A DNA stretch of 59,628 bases, filler included, from Basidiobolus ranarum (taxonomy: Eukaryota), in NCBI GenBank assembly GCA_040143965.1. It is 12 parts of 12 records of this genome, joined end to end, with 100 filler letters (N's around TTAATTAATTAA, not from the genome) between each part and the next. Parts side by side here need not be neighbours in the genome. Positions count along the whole stretch, not along the records: positions 34,892 to 39,764 come from JASJQH010001800.1; positions 39,865 to 44,734 come from JASJQH010001801.1; positions 44,835 to 49,701 come from JASJQH010001802.1; 9 more parts are not named here. One strand, given 5' to 3'. This document shows positions 36,300 to 49,801 of the stretch, in pieces. The notes beneath the pieces were generated by a model that saw only the letters and a program-made list of their open reading frames with translations, was not told the DNA's origin and did not search any database. The translations under genes were made by a program, and so were the position numbers. Within the stretch, counting starts at the first letter, position 1; each line of letters begins with the position of its first letter.

Positions 36300-36790
36300 T
36301 ATACTTATCACTGTAACAATCTATGTTGCAATCAATTCATCTAACCAGGATAAAAATGGGGCAGAGTGAAACTGGAAGAGAAAATACGTAATGTCAAAAA
36401 ACTCAACAAAATCAGATAAGTGATTCATATGATCCAATCAGATTTGGGACATCATGTTGCCTGAAACCTGCTTGCCGAGACACCCCAAGTATATATATGT
36501 GCACTCCTCTTGCTGGATAAAATCAAGATAATGTTTCAAATAATCACTGTCTTTACATAATCAAGATCGATGAGCCGATCACAGCTCCAAGTCAATCCAC
36601 AATAGGTCAAATTCAATTCTCATGGTCAGACAGTTTCATCAAAGACATGAAAGAGAAGAGTATAGAATATTATTATAGTAATGTACATCAAAGCAAGACT
36701 AGTACCAACAATAGACATGCTGCGCAAAGTGGTTGCGGATAACCCTCGTTGCTAGCTCTCTCAGTCAAATGTATACATGTTGGGTGAATT
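36300..36790 (-). pseudogene. Degenerate membrane-protein-like sequence, duplicated at ~39190-39650
   Basis: Shared remnants MSIVGTSL/MSIIGIGL, SCDRL/SCDLL, RFQ...LLSFLTLRIF/LLTILILRIF with many stops; family not identified. Confidence 0.3.
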
Positions 36791-37684
36791 GCAATTGAAT
36801 TCTAGCACTAAGATAACTCAGTTTTCTTCTTCCCAGATCTCACACTTGTCCAACAATCATTTGATTTATCATTATGCCAATACACTCTTTTAACTGATAT
36901 GTCGATCCTTTTTATTCCCGCTAGTGGGTATTGTTTGTGAATGGGATCATAAGATTTACAAAACTCAGGCTTAATCAACTACAAAAACGGTAAAGCCGAT
37001 GGTAATTATATATAACCCGCATGGTATTACTCTAATCACCAAAAGTTCACATGGGGTTTTCCATATTATGTGGGTAACCAATAGAGCAACAAGCACGGCG
37101 CAAGAGCCACAACATTAAACCGAAGCCTGACCGATGCCGATATAAAACAGAAGTGTCTAATTTACAGCTTACTGAAATAGATATGTATCATGGTAAACAA
37201 TTAGTTCGAGTTTGTTCTGCAATTGAGAATAAAAATTAAGCCTGAAAAGCACCATATTATGGATGAAAAATATTTCAGCTAATGTAAATAAGGTTTTTGT
37301 CACTCACAGTTGAGTAAAAATCTCACTTTCCTCTAAATAAATCATGGTTATTACACCATAAACACTATAATGGAATCATCGTGATACCCTAGTCATCCCA
37401 TGGTAAATATGAGCTTGGGCGCGAATAGGGTCATTATAAAGCTCAACCCATATCTAATATATGATCAGCATATTTAGGTAAAACCTTTGCTAATGGTTCT
37501 TTTTATCCAAATGGTAATACCCATATGTACAGACAGGAATCGGTATTGTGGCTGTAGCTCTGTTTGCAATAGATCGCATTCCTCATTGTGTTACTGTTAT
37601 ATTTAGTACAACATTACAAATCAAGAAATCAGCGTAAAGGAAAATAGTAGTAAGGAGTTCACAAAACATAAAATCCGCTGTTTA

Positions 37685-38165
37685 CATTCAACAATACATT
37701 ATCAATCTTGAATAGATTTACCCATATGACAGTCCCCGACCAGCGGAGGACAAAACAGTGTTGTTACATCATCGATAATTTATTCACATTAATATTTCAA
37801 GCGAGATCAACCAGATTCCCTCCATTTTATTCAACCTTTATCAGATTCACATGTAACGCAAGAACTAAAGCCACGATTCTATGAAAAACTAAAGATACCA
37901 AGCCTATCTTACTACCTTCGTCACTCTCGCCAGCACTGACATCCACTCCACATGTCAGTTCACACTCCATATCTCACGATAAATGAGAACCAGTGTGCAC
38001 GAAAGATCCAGCAGTGGACTGTTTGGGTTGTACGACTCTTAAACGTGAAATACTGGGTTTATGGACTAATTTTGATCCTAATCCATATTCTTAGATTTGC
38101 CCGTATCCTTCACTTCACATCCTTCACCTATGGTCGATACTCAATGGTTTCCTAGAGTTTCCTAG
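37685..38165 (+). pseudogene. Decayed tandem copy of the HSF-type gene
   Basis: Colinear with 35010-35648; TAA at 37790-37792 replaces Gln; coiled-coil segment deleted; 3' flank also homologous. Confidence 0.85.
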
Positions 38166-39866
38166 AAATAGAAGTAATGGATGGATATTATTGTGAAGTG
38201 TACTTGCTATCTTTCGCACCAATTTAGTGCCGATTAGCCAAATCATCATTGACGAAGTGGCTCTGTTTGTGAAAAAGTTTCATCGATTTTTGTTGGCAAT
38301 AAAGTAAACCAATTTGTACATCGAACTAGATGCTATTAGTAGAAAGGCAGATTACGCTACTCCGAATTGTGTATACAACAGTCATAACTGAGTACTTCTA
38401 ATCTTTCTATGAAATTTCTGATGGCTTATGGGAAGTAGAATATGTATATAGAGAGAGCGGTGGTGTTAGTATCTTGTCCTGCGTTTCTCAAGCCGGTTTA
38501 GTCAAACAAATCAAAACAGCACTAGTGGAAGCCAAATCGGAGTTACCTACCTCACCCTTTTGCATCTATTTACTCAGACAAAAGTGGTGTCAGAACAAAA
38601 ACCAAATTGGAGCTACCCACCGATGATATCCCAGTTTGTTTATAATTACAATTAACCGCTTATACTCAACACGAAGCGGAACTAAAACTTACAGTATATG
38701 CCTGTTTGGAAAGGTACCCTAGCGAAAACAGTGACGATGTATATATGTTTTACTTCTTAAATGTCTGTATTAGTCAATTTTTCAAGCAACTATGTGATTC
38801 TCACATAATCCCTAGTGATCTAGTATTGATGTGTTCGAGACCCAAGTACCAAGTTGTACTGTCATTCTATATCAATGTTTAGCACAGAAAAAGGAATCCA
38901 TCTCACAAAAGTTAACAATGCCACACATTGTGCATATATACATAATGAATGGTACTGACCCAGAGAGATTAGAATATTCATATTCTTATGTGTTCAGACT
39001 GACCTGTACTGTTTTCTTCATTGTGCCCAATAGGCTTTGGGTTAGTGCATTTTGAAATTCTTATTGAATATTAAAATATGTGAAGAGTAATCTTTGACCT
39101 ATGTCTCATTCACCACAGTCACTCAAAAGTAAACATTAAGAATACTCTTCTTAAAACTCAACATGCACTTGAGAAAATAGTATGTTCTTAGCACTATATA
39201 GACTTAATGATATGTATGTAGCAGCCAATTCAGTCTAGATGCATATAGTATTGAGTGAAACAGGAAGGAAAGATACGTAATATCAAAATGGTTAACAAAA
39301 GCAGATAGAAGTTTCAAATGTATAAATCATGTTTCCAATATACCTGAAACCTGATTCCCTAGATATTATCAAGTTTTATATGTCACCTTTTAGATAAAAG
39401 TCAAGACATTGCTTAATATGGTGACTGCTATTCCACAAAACCAAGATCAGTGAGCAAATCACAGCTTTAGATGCGCAATAGATTGATACAAATTCACAGT
39501 CAAAGAATTTATCCCGAGCCTAAAAAGGAATGATGGTACAAAACTATTATGGTAATTTACTTGCTAAATCAAGGCCAATGCCGATAATAGACATTCTACG
39601 CAAAATTGTTGTGGATAGCTCTCGTCGATAGCCCTCACTGCAAGAGTTGAATCAATATCAAACATATACTTGATCAATTGCACAACATCTTGTTAAGTTC
39701 AGAAATAAAATTGTGACACTACGAATCCTCCGTTTCCACTTCCAAGCTCTCGTATATCCGAATCNNNNNNNNNNNNNNNNNNNNNNNNNNNNNNNNNNNN
39801 NNNNNNNNTTAATTAATTAANNNNNNNNNNNNNNNNNNNNNNNNNNNNNNNNNNNNNNNNNNNNCA

Positions 39867-40958
39867 CTGTGGGAGGCAGTGGATCTGCATTACTGGGTGA
39901 CTGGTGATTACGAGTGGTATCATCCAGATGCCATAAGTACAAACAATGGTAACCTGGAGATAAAAATTACAAAGGAAAACCTACATGATCTAAATTACAA
40001 GTCTGGAATGCTACAGTCTTGGAATAAATTCTGTTTCACCGGTGGTTCTATTGAAGTGAATGTTTCTTTACCAGGACGTGGGGATGTGCCAGGTTTTTGG
40101 CCTGCCATATGGACAATGGGTAATTTGGGCAGAGCTGGATATGGAGCCACCACCGAAGGTACCTGGCCATACACCTACGATTCCTGTGATATCGGCGTTA
40201 CCAAAAACCAATCATTAACTAATAATCTCTCGTGGCTTCCCGGTCAAAGATTGAACAAATGTGTTTGTAAAGGCCAGGACCACCCATCTCCAGGGAAAGG
40301 AAGAGCCGCCCCCGAGATAGATATATTTGAAGCTGCTGGCGTGTCTGGTCAGTTGGGTACCGTCTCTCAATCCCATCAAATAGCGCCATTCAACGCCAAT
40401 TATAACATCAATGATAAATACGTCTACATATATGGGAACAATACTCAAATGAATAGCTATAAAGGAGCTAAACTCCAACAGGCAGTCTCAGCTGTCACGA
40501 CCGTTCCGCCACAATTTTATGAGGGTAAAGGATACCAAACATATGGTTTCGAATACGAACCTGGTCCCAATGGGTATGTTACCTGGCTTATCAATGGCAA
40601 ACCTAGTTTTAGACTCGATGCGGGCGCGATCGGGCCTGATTCCATGACCAAAATAGCGCAACGGTTAATTTCTGAAGAACCGATGTATGTAATCATGAAC
40701 TTGGCAATATCCAGCGGTTTTGGATGGGTTGATTTTGAGCATCTGCCATTTCCATCTACAATGAGGATTGACTATGTTAGATTGTATCAACATCCCAATA
40801 GAATTAATGTTGGTTGCAATCCTAAAGATTTCCCAACCTCCGATTATATCAACAAACACATAAACGCCTACACTAATGCTAATCTAACCACCTGGGCTCA
40901 GGCTGGATACCGTTTCCCTACTTTCAAACTCGACGGCACCTGTCCCAATCCGCCATGA
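39867..40958 (+). CDS. KRE6/SKN1-like GH16 beta-glucan synthesis-associated protein, 5'-truncated
   Basis: WEAVDLHYW.TGD.EWY, SGMLQSWNKFCFTGG, WTMGNLGRAGYGATTEGTWPYTYDSCD, catalytic RAAPEIDIFEA, EEPMY, IDYVRLYQ. Confidence 0.95.
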   Translation: MWEAVDLHYWVTGDYEWYHPDAISTNNGNLEIKITKENLHDLNYKSGMLQSWNKFCFTGGSIEVNVSLPGRGDVPGFWPAIWTMGNLGRAGYGATTEGTWPYTYDSCDIGVTKNQSLTNNLSWLPGQRLNKCVCKGQDHPSPGKGRAAPEIDIFEAAGVSGQLGTVSQSHQIAPFNANYNINDKYVYIYGNNTQMNSYKGAKLQQAVSAVTTVPPQFYEGKGYQTYGFEYEPGPNGYVTWLINGKPSFRLDAGAIGPDSMTKIAQRLISEEPMYVIMNLAISSGFGWVDFEHLPFPSTMRIDYVRLYQHPNRINVGCNPKDFPTSDYINKHINAYTNANLTTWAQAGYRFPTFKLDGTCPNPP

Positions 40959-42865
40959 ACAATAATCAATTAACTGATACACATCTACAACTCACGCACC
41001 ATTGTTTCGATTCATTGTTTACCATTTCGCCGCGTATCACCCATACTTACTGCGCCATCTTCTCAACTATTTTGTACAGTTAAATATATCACAATAAATA
41101 AAGTCCCATCAGAAAAACCCTCTTGAACCTTTATTATAGGGGTTTTTATTTTTTAATGGAATTCGTAATTGACCTAGTTCTAAAGCATAAAATAAGCTAT
41201 GTTTCAAGAGTTTAGTGAGAGAGTTAAGAAGAGATACATTGTTGAACACGTTTGATGTGGCAAATGCCATCATATTAAATGAAGCAATGTTCCGAAGAAT
41301 ATCCATCTATCTAATACAAATCGCGCCAAACCGTATACACCATACACTATACTTTGACGCTTTTAGTATGCAAAAATATCTCAAGACTATACAGAAAAAA
41401 AGATCCTATCCATGAAGTGAACTGGTAAATTTGAATAGCAACAGATAAAGATAATATTTTAAATGAGTCACCAAGTAAAAATTATGTACTTTATCAGTCA
41501 AGATCCAGAGTTAAATCCAGTAACGATTCAGTTTTCATGGATCATAATAAATATCACTTTCTCCATTTATGGACTAATATTGATTGGATTTATCCATATA
41601 TATTACTCATTTCCCAATTCCCTCATGAGGATTCCATAATAATCCCTCAGATCGCAAATCATCCGTGAAAATCATGAAAAACTAACGAATAAAACTACGA
41701 TACGGTTTTCCTTCTAATTTGGTAAAATGTAGGATAACCTTTGGTCGAGTTTGGTCTGACATGGGATTTGTGAACACTTCAAGAGCTAATATTGAGGTAA
41801 TGCCAAAATTATCCGCTCTACAAAAACACTGTATTTGCAAAAAGAAAGACCTGTCCCCATTTAGCACATATCAGGATGGCTGACACTGAAAATTAATCTT
41901 CTTTAGTGAAAATCTAACATCATATATGTTGCACGCTCTAATAGGCTTTCCTCATGCATTTAAAGTTAGTCCAAAGATAGTAATAATTTTGAATTTGTCT
42001 TTAATCTAGGTGTTGCTTGCTCTTGATTTATTTGTCAACAAGAACAACGCGAAGCCACTAGCAACGGAATAATCATATTGCCCGTAACTCAGAGGATGTT
42101 TAAATAAGGATATTATTTGGCCATTAAATTGCTTTTATTTTCTAGAAGTGTCACAGACAATAACACAGGCTTTGAGAGGCTATAACAAGATACCCAATAT
42201 CAGGAGTGCTCAACTACTACGATATCGGAGAGTCATGATATCATCCCAATAAAAATCTTACAGGGTCCCGCTTAGAGTTCTTGAAAGAATGAGGTAGTAG
42301 TAATTTTGAAGAAATCCTCTAGGTACTTCTGATTACCATTAGTATTTCTTTGTATCTTGGGAGTTAAAATTCTCAACGTATATGTATCGAAATGTTCCAC
42401 AGATATTTGAAAATTGAAAAAAGATTCTACAATTTTTCCACTCAACTATCAGTAGAGCACGCGAGTACTGTATATCATCGAATGGTAAATTATAACACAC
42501 AGTTTAAAGTTCCACTGGTTAGAATGATCATTCTTGAATGTATTAGTTTAGGCTATTATTAAGAAACAATTACTATTCCATATTATAGATCAATGTGAAA
42601 ATCAAATGGTGTATCCAGGAGAGAAATAATTAAAAGTCTTGAACCCTACGGAGCCAACAAAATACTTAAGAGCACAATCTTAAAGCTGCTTAAGCAGAGC
42701 AAATCTAACCAATATGAACTTGAGAATAGCAAGGGTTTTGCTAAACTACCACAGAGAGTTGGGCCAATAGACAGCTTGTCTTAGGGATCTGAAGATACTA
42801 ATTAACCTAGGCTTATTCATGTAAATTAGATTGAGATTATTAATCTGATTGTGACACTTAGTAAG

Positions 42866-43400
42866 TGTGACAATAAGGAATTGGACAAGGACTGGAAACA
42901 ACAACAAGAGGCTAGAAGGCAGGAGAGTACTTGGGTGTAGAACACAAGACAAGATAAGACAAGACTGGACAGGGAAGATACTTTGGCAAGAATCTTTATT
43001 GATAACAGGTGTTGATCAGACTGAGGTCTGATCAAGGAATACATGGCACTTATGTAGATTTTGCAGGGTGAAACATAATATACTGAATAGGGAATATACT
43101 GTGGCAAGTTCAAGTGTCAGGGTGTTGAGGACTATGAGGACCAATACAAAGAGGGATGATGTGAGGATGATCAGGTGACCTTCCATGCAAAGGCTTGGCA
43201 GAAATACACTATGTGTGGGATGACATGATTGGTTAGGTTTCATGGAATGTTCCAAAGAACATAACTTCCATATAAGGTAACCTGGATGAACTAACACAAG
43301 ATTGCCAAGAAGGGATGGCATAGCAGATATAATGTCATAATCTAATAACACAAGAGTTCTATTTGCAATGGATGAGTATGCCAAGATAAGAATCATGACA
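42866..43400 (-). repeat. LTR-like repeat family D
   Basis: Match to 21342-21543, terminus TTATTGTCACA; far boundary approximate. Confidence 0.65.
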
Positions 43401-43573
43401 ATAGCTAGCATGATCAGATTGCTATTTTTATAATTTTCACAGCAATGTGCATAGTCAAGTCCATGAGATTTATTTACTTATTTATTCTGCAAGTGACTAT
43501 TTTTAGTGCTGGGAAATCATACAAGCATATGTCTGGGCATCAATGATGCATATGATCAAGGATTGCCTATGAC

Positions 43574-43921
43574 TGTTGAAATTAGAATTGCCTGAACACC
43601 TATATAGTCATATATAGCTTAGTACTTAGTTATCTTATAATTCATTAAGATATTATCAATTATTCTCAATCGGAATTTGCTTTGAATATTTTTACCAACT
43701 TAGAAGTTCTCAGATATTTAGATTTTTCAAGCTTGTGCTAGAAGCCCCAAACTTTGCACACATGTTCCTGGGACCTTCCTTAACACATTCTACACATTAG
43801 TTTGTTTACATCTTGACAAAACTATAAATGTCAACTTTCTACTCAATAAATCAATAAGTGAAAACCACCAATTCCTGTAATTCTCCAGACCACTTCCAAC
43901 AGGCTCCCAAATACTTTAACA
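43574..43921 (+). mobile_element. Family C3 solo LTR, 348 bp
   Basis: TGTTGAAA...TTTAACA with perfect ATGAC TSD. Confidence 0.95.
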
Positions 43922-44469
43922 ATGACATCTTATAATTAGTAGCTAGAGAAGATTGGAATGATTATAGGATTTGATTAGATAAAAATAGACATGTGGAAAG
44001 ATAAGTTGTCAGCAAGTCCAAATGGCAAAATATTAGTACACTGAATTACTATCAAAATAAGAAAATAAAAGATTATATGAGCCAACATATTTGAAATAAA
44101 AATCATTCATTTACTAATATTACTAAACAATCAAAATGTCAGTCCAGCTTAGTTATTTTTTATTTTGGCCACTTATTAGTTGTACAAAGAGGCCAACCAA
44201 TTTATCTGTTAGTATATATATGCTAAATCAGCATGTTGTTTTGGACTCTACCTTCTATCTTCTATTATATCTTACTAAAAATGCATGTAAATCAGAGGCA
44301 GAAGATTACCAAGTCTCATGCCTGTGACTGATTGCTTTATGACATTTGCTATGTCCCTCATTTTATTACTAGCTACTGCATGTTTCACATCTAATTTTGC
44401 AAATACTACATAATGACATACTCATTAACTACAGATGAAAACTCTCATTTACATGTGGGATATATTACT

Positions 44470-44734
44470 AGAAGCCTCAAGGTAATTTAAGATTAGTTGT
44501 AAGTGGCTTAGAGAACTGGAGGATATGGTAGTGTTCAGGAATTCATTTATTTAGTAATAAGGTGACATTTATATTTTCATCAAGATGTAAGAGACAAACA
44601 TGTATATTGTTTTAAGGAAGGTCCCTATTGGGAAAATATGGGCTGTTTGGAGGAACTTTAGAAAAGTGGAGTTGTGAATAGCTTTGTGAGATAATTATTT
44701 ATTGACCAGAAATTAAGCATTTATACATTTTGGT
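44470..44734 (-). mobile_element. Degenerate C3 LTR interrupted by a C1 LTR end (44626-44734)
   Basis: C1 part is identical to 49598-49701 over the shared length. Confidence 0.8.
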
Positions 44735-45214
44735 NNNNNNNNNNNNNNNNNNNNNNNNNNNNNNNNNNNNNNNNNNNNTTAATTAATTAANNNNNNNNNN
44801 NNNNNNNNNNNNNNNNNNNNNNNNNNNNNNNNNNTGAGATTGTAGATACAGCCAATCAGTATTTCAACATATTTCAATGTCCGATACTAACATCGGATCA
44901 GAATCGTGGTTCCTCATAGTTAGCAACTATGGAGCGCAGTAGATTGGTCCCGGTTGATAATAACAATTAGAGTTGTGAGGAAATCTACTGAAGAATACCC
45001 TCGCGAGCAGGCGGTGATGTAGGAGTGAGAAAATAAAGTCAAGACGCAGTCATAAAACAAAACTTCGAAAATTCATAATAATACTAATGGATTGAGAAAC
45101 CTGTCACGTCGTTACTACCCATAAACACTTTAGAGCATATTCGAGTAGTACCAATTTGGTAAAGTTTACTTATCAAATAGTCTCAATGAACACTTAATAG
45201 GCATCTAAATCAGT

Positions 45215-45850
45215 TTAAATACTCTTAATATCTGGAGATTCGTTTAGCTTTCCATAAATATCCTCTATGAGTAATCTTTTGCACTCTGTTATGGGTAGAT
45301 CCAGGGCTCCATGCAGGTGCATCCTCGCAAGCTTTGGTACCTGAAGTAGGAGTAACTTTAGAAGATACGGTTGTTGTTGTAGTACTAGGAGTTTTGGTGA
45401 GTGTTGTACTGGTATGAGTGGCGGTATCTGGTTCCGGACAAGTCGTACGGAATAAGCTGCTAGCATGTTTCTACCAGTGTTAGGATTATCTTGAGCAAAT
45501 TCAGGTATAGTTGGATAGCCAGAGAGATTAACAAGCAACAACTTTGGTCCGGCTATATAACTGCGGGTGGCTTCTTGAGTTTCAATATCGGCGCAATTCA
45601 TGTGATATCCACGAATATCATTTCTGTTAATCTATATCTAAGCTAAGACAACATTCTTACTGCACAATCTCTGTATATGGTCTCTAGCATGGCAAAGGTA
45701 TTGTTTTTGTTGTAAGAAATAGCAAGGCAGCCGTGACCTCCACCATGAGTGGCGCCACCACCAATTTTCTCTTGAAATGAGCCACCAGTTTGTACTATTT
45801 GGACAACCCTACCTTGTCCTTAGCCCTTGTAGGGGTAAATGTCTTATATT
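45215..45850 (-). pseudogene. AA11-like lytic polysaccharide monooxygenase pseudogene
   Basis: GGATHGGGHGCLAISY...TF..LETI..DC and YHMNCADI...GPKLLLVNLSGYPTIPEF motifs; in-frame stops; the usual W.W.N..GNRE segment is missing. Confidence 0.6.
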
Positions 45851-46472
45851 TTGGTTTTGCAAACTATGATTTTGCACATAGAAGTCATGGATCTTGTTAG
45901 TCATTATTGAAATAAGTGCCATTGGTATCTTCTTCACCAAAAGTATTTTTATACGTACGTTTAGTGGTTGCAACCCTAATAGGATAATATTAAAATTTAC
46001 AATTACACCTCCTGAGCAATATACATCTTGTGATATTTGTAGAAGTTTATAACACCTTTGAAGTTATTTGTCTATTTAGTGATGAGTAGATGTCGATCAT
46101 ATGTTTGAGCCACTGGCATATCCTTGGTTCCAATGTAGTTCTCCTCCATAACAGTACATTTTCAATGCGATATGCTCAAAATTGTACACCAACTGATGGA
46201 ATTATGCTCATTAATTTGCTGCATAAGTTTAAATAGGAAATGTCTATAATCAGACATGGAAGCTTCAATATTTATCAAGCAAGGATGGCTACCTTGTCCA
46301 TGTAAATCCTTGGTTGTATTGTTTGTTCAAGTATTACTCTACAACTTACTCCTGGCACAAAAGCAGATGCAAAATGCTTGCAAAAGCATTTCAATAATAT
46401 AAGAAGAGATGTAAGAAAAGTGCATTTGCATATCCTGGACATGTCATTAAGATTTTAATAGCAGTATGTTTA

Positions 46473-46821
46473 TGTTGAAATTAGCATTGCCTAAACACCT
46501 ATATAGTCATATGTAGCTTAGTACTTAGTTATCTTATATTTCACTGAGATATTACCTAATATTCTCAATTGGAATTTACTCAGAATATCTTTTACCAACT
46601 TAGAAGTTCTCAGATATACAGATTTTTCAAACTTTTGTTATAAGCACCAAAATTTGCACATGTGTTCCTGAGACCTTCTTAAACACATTCAACACCTTAG
46701 CTTACTTACATTTTGACAAAACTATAAATGTCAACTTTCTACTCAATAAAACAACAAGTGAAACCCACCAAATTCTCTAATTCTCCAAGCCACTTCCAAC
46801 AGGCTCCCAAGTACTTTAACA
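46473..46821 (+). mobile_element. Family C3 solo LTR
   Basis: TG...CA ends; flanks GTTTA/GTATA (one mismatch). Confidence 0.9.
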
Positions 46822-46839
46822 GTATACACAATAATTGGA

Positions 46840-49597
46840 ACCATTTATCAAGTTTGGAAAACTTAAACAGAAATGCTGCTGCATGAAAAAGGACTTTGGG
46901 ACACTGTTGTAGGAGAAGAAAACAATGTAAACTATCTGAAACCAAAGTTTTGCTCCAGGTTCAAAAAGAACAAAGTGCCTTTAACACAATTTGCCTTGGT
47001 GTTAAAGACAAGTTGCTAATTCAATATTTGGGAGCCAAAACTATCAAGATGGTTTCGAAAGCCTTGGATAACACCTCCCACACATGTTCTGTGGCCAACA
47101 AGATGTTTCTAAGAAGACAATTCTTTAACCTAGAGATGAAGCCAGGAGAAGACATTAAATCACTAATTAAAAGAGTACTATTTTAGTGGATAAAATGGAA
47201 TGCATTGGAGTACCTACTACTGATCAGGATATCACAGTAACAGTCCTGAATAGCCTGCCACACAAGTTTTAGAGCCTAGTAATGGCTCCAGAATCAAGAA
47301 CTGAAAATTCCACCTTAATTTATGTATTTGGCAGACTCCTAAAACAAGATTTATACCAATTAGGATCCATCCATAAGAAGGAAGAAAATGCTCTAATAGG
47401 CTATGAGAAACCTTACTACAAAGGGCAAAATCACTTTAAGAAAAGAAGCAACACCTTAGGTGATTACAGTAAAAGAACTGGGTATTTAACCAAAGATTGC
47501 TTTAAAAGAATTTCAAAAGAAGAAAAATGCACTGAATCTGGAAATGTGGTTACAACAGAAGATTACTTGTTTATATCTGCTCTATTTATGACTGCCAACA
47601 AGGATTTTCAGATATGGTATATTGATTCTCAATCCTACCAGCACTCCACAAATGAAAAACATTGGGTTGTGGATTATGAAAAAATCCCAATTATAAAGGT
47701 CTCTGTGGGAAATGACTGTACATTGGGTGCCATTGGAATGGGAACAATTCAAATCAATTTAACTGGAGCTTCAGAAGAGAAAGTGTATACTGTGAGAGAT
47801 GTGTCACATGCTCCAGATATTGCCAAGATTTAATATTGGTATGAAAGGCCACCTCATAAGGGAAAAAATTTGATTTTTGACAGTCAGGATGCACCATTGC
47901 TTATCAAAATGGGAATTATTTAGCTTCAGGGGAAAAGAATCAGAACTTATAAAAACTTACATGTAATCCAAGAGAATTGTGTGTAAATAAAAGTGATTCC
48001 AATCAAGAAACTATTCAATTATGGCATAAGAGATTTGGCCAAATTGGATTCAATTATTTGAGCCAAATGATCAAAGATTGCCTAATTTCTGGAATTCAAA
48101 TTAACCATCCGGCCAAAATGGAAATTTGTGAGGGTTATATATATAGAAAACAAGCCAGGGAACTACTCAAGAGCTCTGGTTTAATCAAATCTGTCAAGAA
48201 ATTGGACCTAATTCATTACAATTTGTGTGGACCACTGAAAAATTTATTTTAAGGCAGAAAAAGATATTTTATCACATTTATTGATATTTATACAAGATAC
48301 ACTTGGGTCTACTTTATGGAAAGATAACAAGAAGCTCTTTCAATCTTTAGAGATTTTAAAACACTTGTGAACACTGATACTAGTACTAGAATCAGGAAAA
48401 TACATACTGTTAATAGTGGAGAACATTCTAGAACACTATTTAATCACTTTTGCAAAGTTCATGAAATTAAACAAGAAGCTACTGCTGCCTTTTCATCTCA
48501 CCAAAATGGAGTTGCTGAAAGAGCTAACAGGACTATAATAGAAATGGCAAGATCTATGATAAATGCACAAAATTATCTCATAATTTTTGCATGGAATCTG
48601 TTGCTACAGCTGTATATCTGAAGAATAAGAGTCTTACTACAAAACTGTCTAACTCTGCACTATATCAAGCTTTGTTTGGAGTTAAACCTGATGTAAAACA
48701 TTTGGGGATCTTTTGATACATTGCTTATGCCAAAATTATGACCTAAAATCTGACTAAATTTGATCTAAAAAGTAATAAAAGCATATTTCTGGATTATTAT
48801 ACTCAAACTAAGGCCCACAGACTCTTTGATACCAAAACTTCAAAGTTAATCAAGTCCAGGTATGTTTGCTTAATGATTATGAAAAAGTTTCACCCAAAAT
48901 GACCTCAGATGCTGGCAAAAATCAATTTTCTGCTGATCCAATCATTCATATCAAATCTAACCAAAGCAATGAAGAAAATAACATTCCTATGGACCCTTCA
49001 ACCAATATTCTGCCTACCACAGTGCCCAATACAATGCCAGAAGTTGTAGTACCTTTGTCCAAAACCAGGAATTCAAACAGGATCAGAAATAGCCCAGATT
49101 ACTATATTAATGAGTCTCAAAAATGGGCCTATACCTGCACAGCTCAAGTAAATGAACACAAACTGTAAAAGAGGCCTTGAATGGCCCTCACACAAAATTT
49201 TAAGATCAGCAATGGCTTATGAGTATTTGGCTTTGTTTGATAACCAAGTTTAGATTTTAACCCACTTACCTGATGATAGAAATCAATTGGCTGCCAAAGG
49301 GCATTTAAAGCAAAATACAACTCTGATGGCAATATAAAAAGGTACAAGGCTAGACTAGTAGCCAAAGGCTATTCCCAAACACCAGGAATTGATTATACAG
49401 AAGCTTTTGTACCTGTAGGAAAGTTTAATTCAATTAAATTGATTTTAGCAAATTCATCTAAATATCAATTTACTATACATCAAAGGGTTGTTTAAACTGC
49501 TTTTTGAATGATGAGGTTGCTGAGGAGATCTATATGGACCCACCAGATGGTTTTGTGGACCCAGAAAACCCTAAAAAGGTTAGCATACTTTGGAAAA
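46840..49597 (+). mobile_element. Decayed Ty1/Copia gag-protease-integrase-RT
   Basis: ANKMFLRRQFFNLEM, WYIDSQ, LWHKRFGQ, LIHYNLCGP, QNGVAERANRTIIEMARSM, YKARLVAKGYSQTPGIDY, EEIYMD.PDGF in Copia order; many stops. Confidence 0.93.
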
Positions 49598-49701
49598 TAT
49601 TGGGAAAATATGGGCTGTTTGGAGGAACTTTAGAAAAGTGGAGTTGTGAATAGCTTTGTGAGATAATTATTTATTGACCAGAAATTAAGCATTTATACAT
49701 T
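49598..49701 (-). mobile_element. C1 LTR 3' end inserted in Copia RT
   Basis: Matches 12310-12413; cut by contig end. Confidence 0.85.
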
Positions 49702-49801
49702 NNNNNNNNNNNNNNNNNNNNNNNNNNNNNNNNNNNNNNNNNNNNTTAATTAATTAANNNNNNNNNNNNNNNNNNNNNNNNNNNNNNNNNNNNNNNNNNN
49801 N

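Noticed and set aside
36950-37560. Hydrophobic minus-strand fragments resembling a transporter remnant
   Set aside because: Many stops and no diagnostic motif.
41109-41867. Short minus-strand ORFs with an NPYNKG motif (DHHC-like tail)
   Set aside because: No DHHC core or other support.
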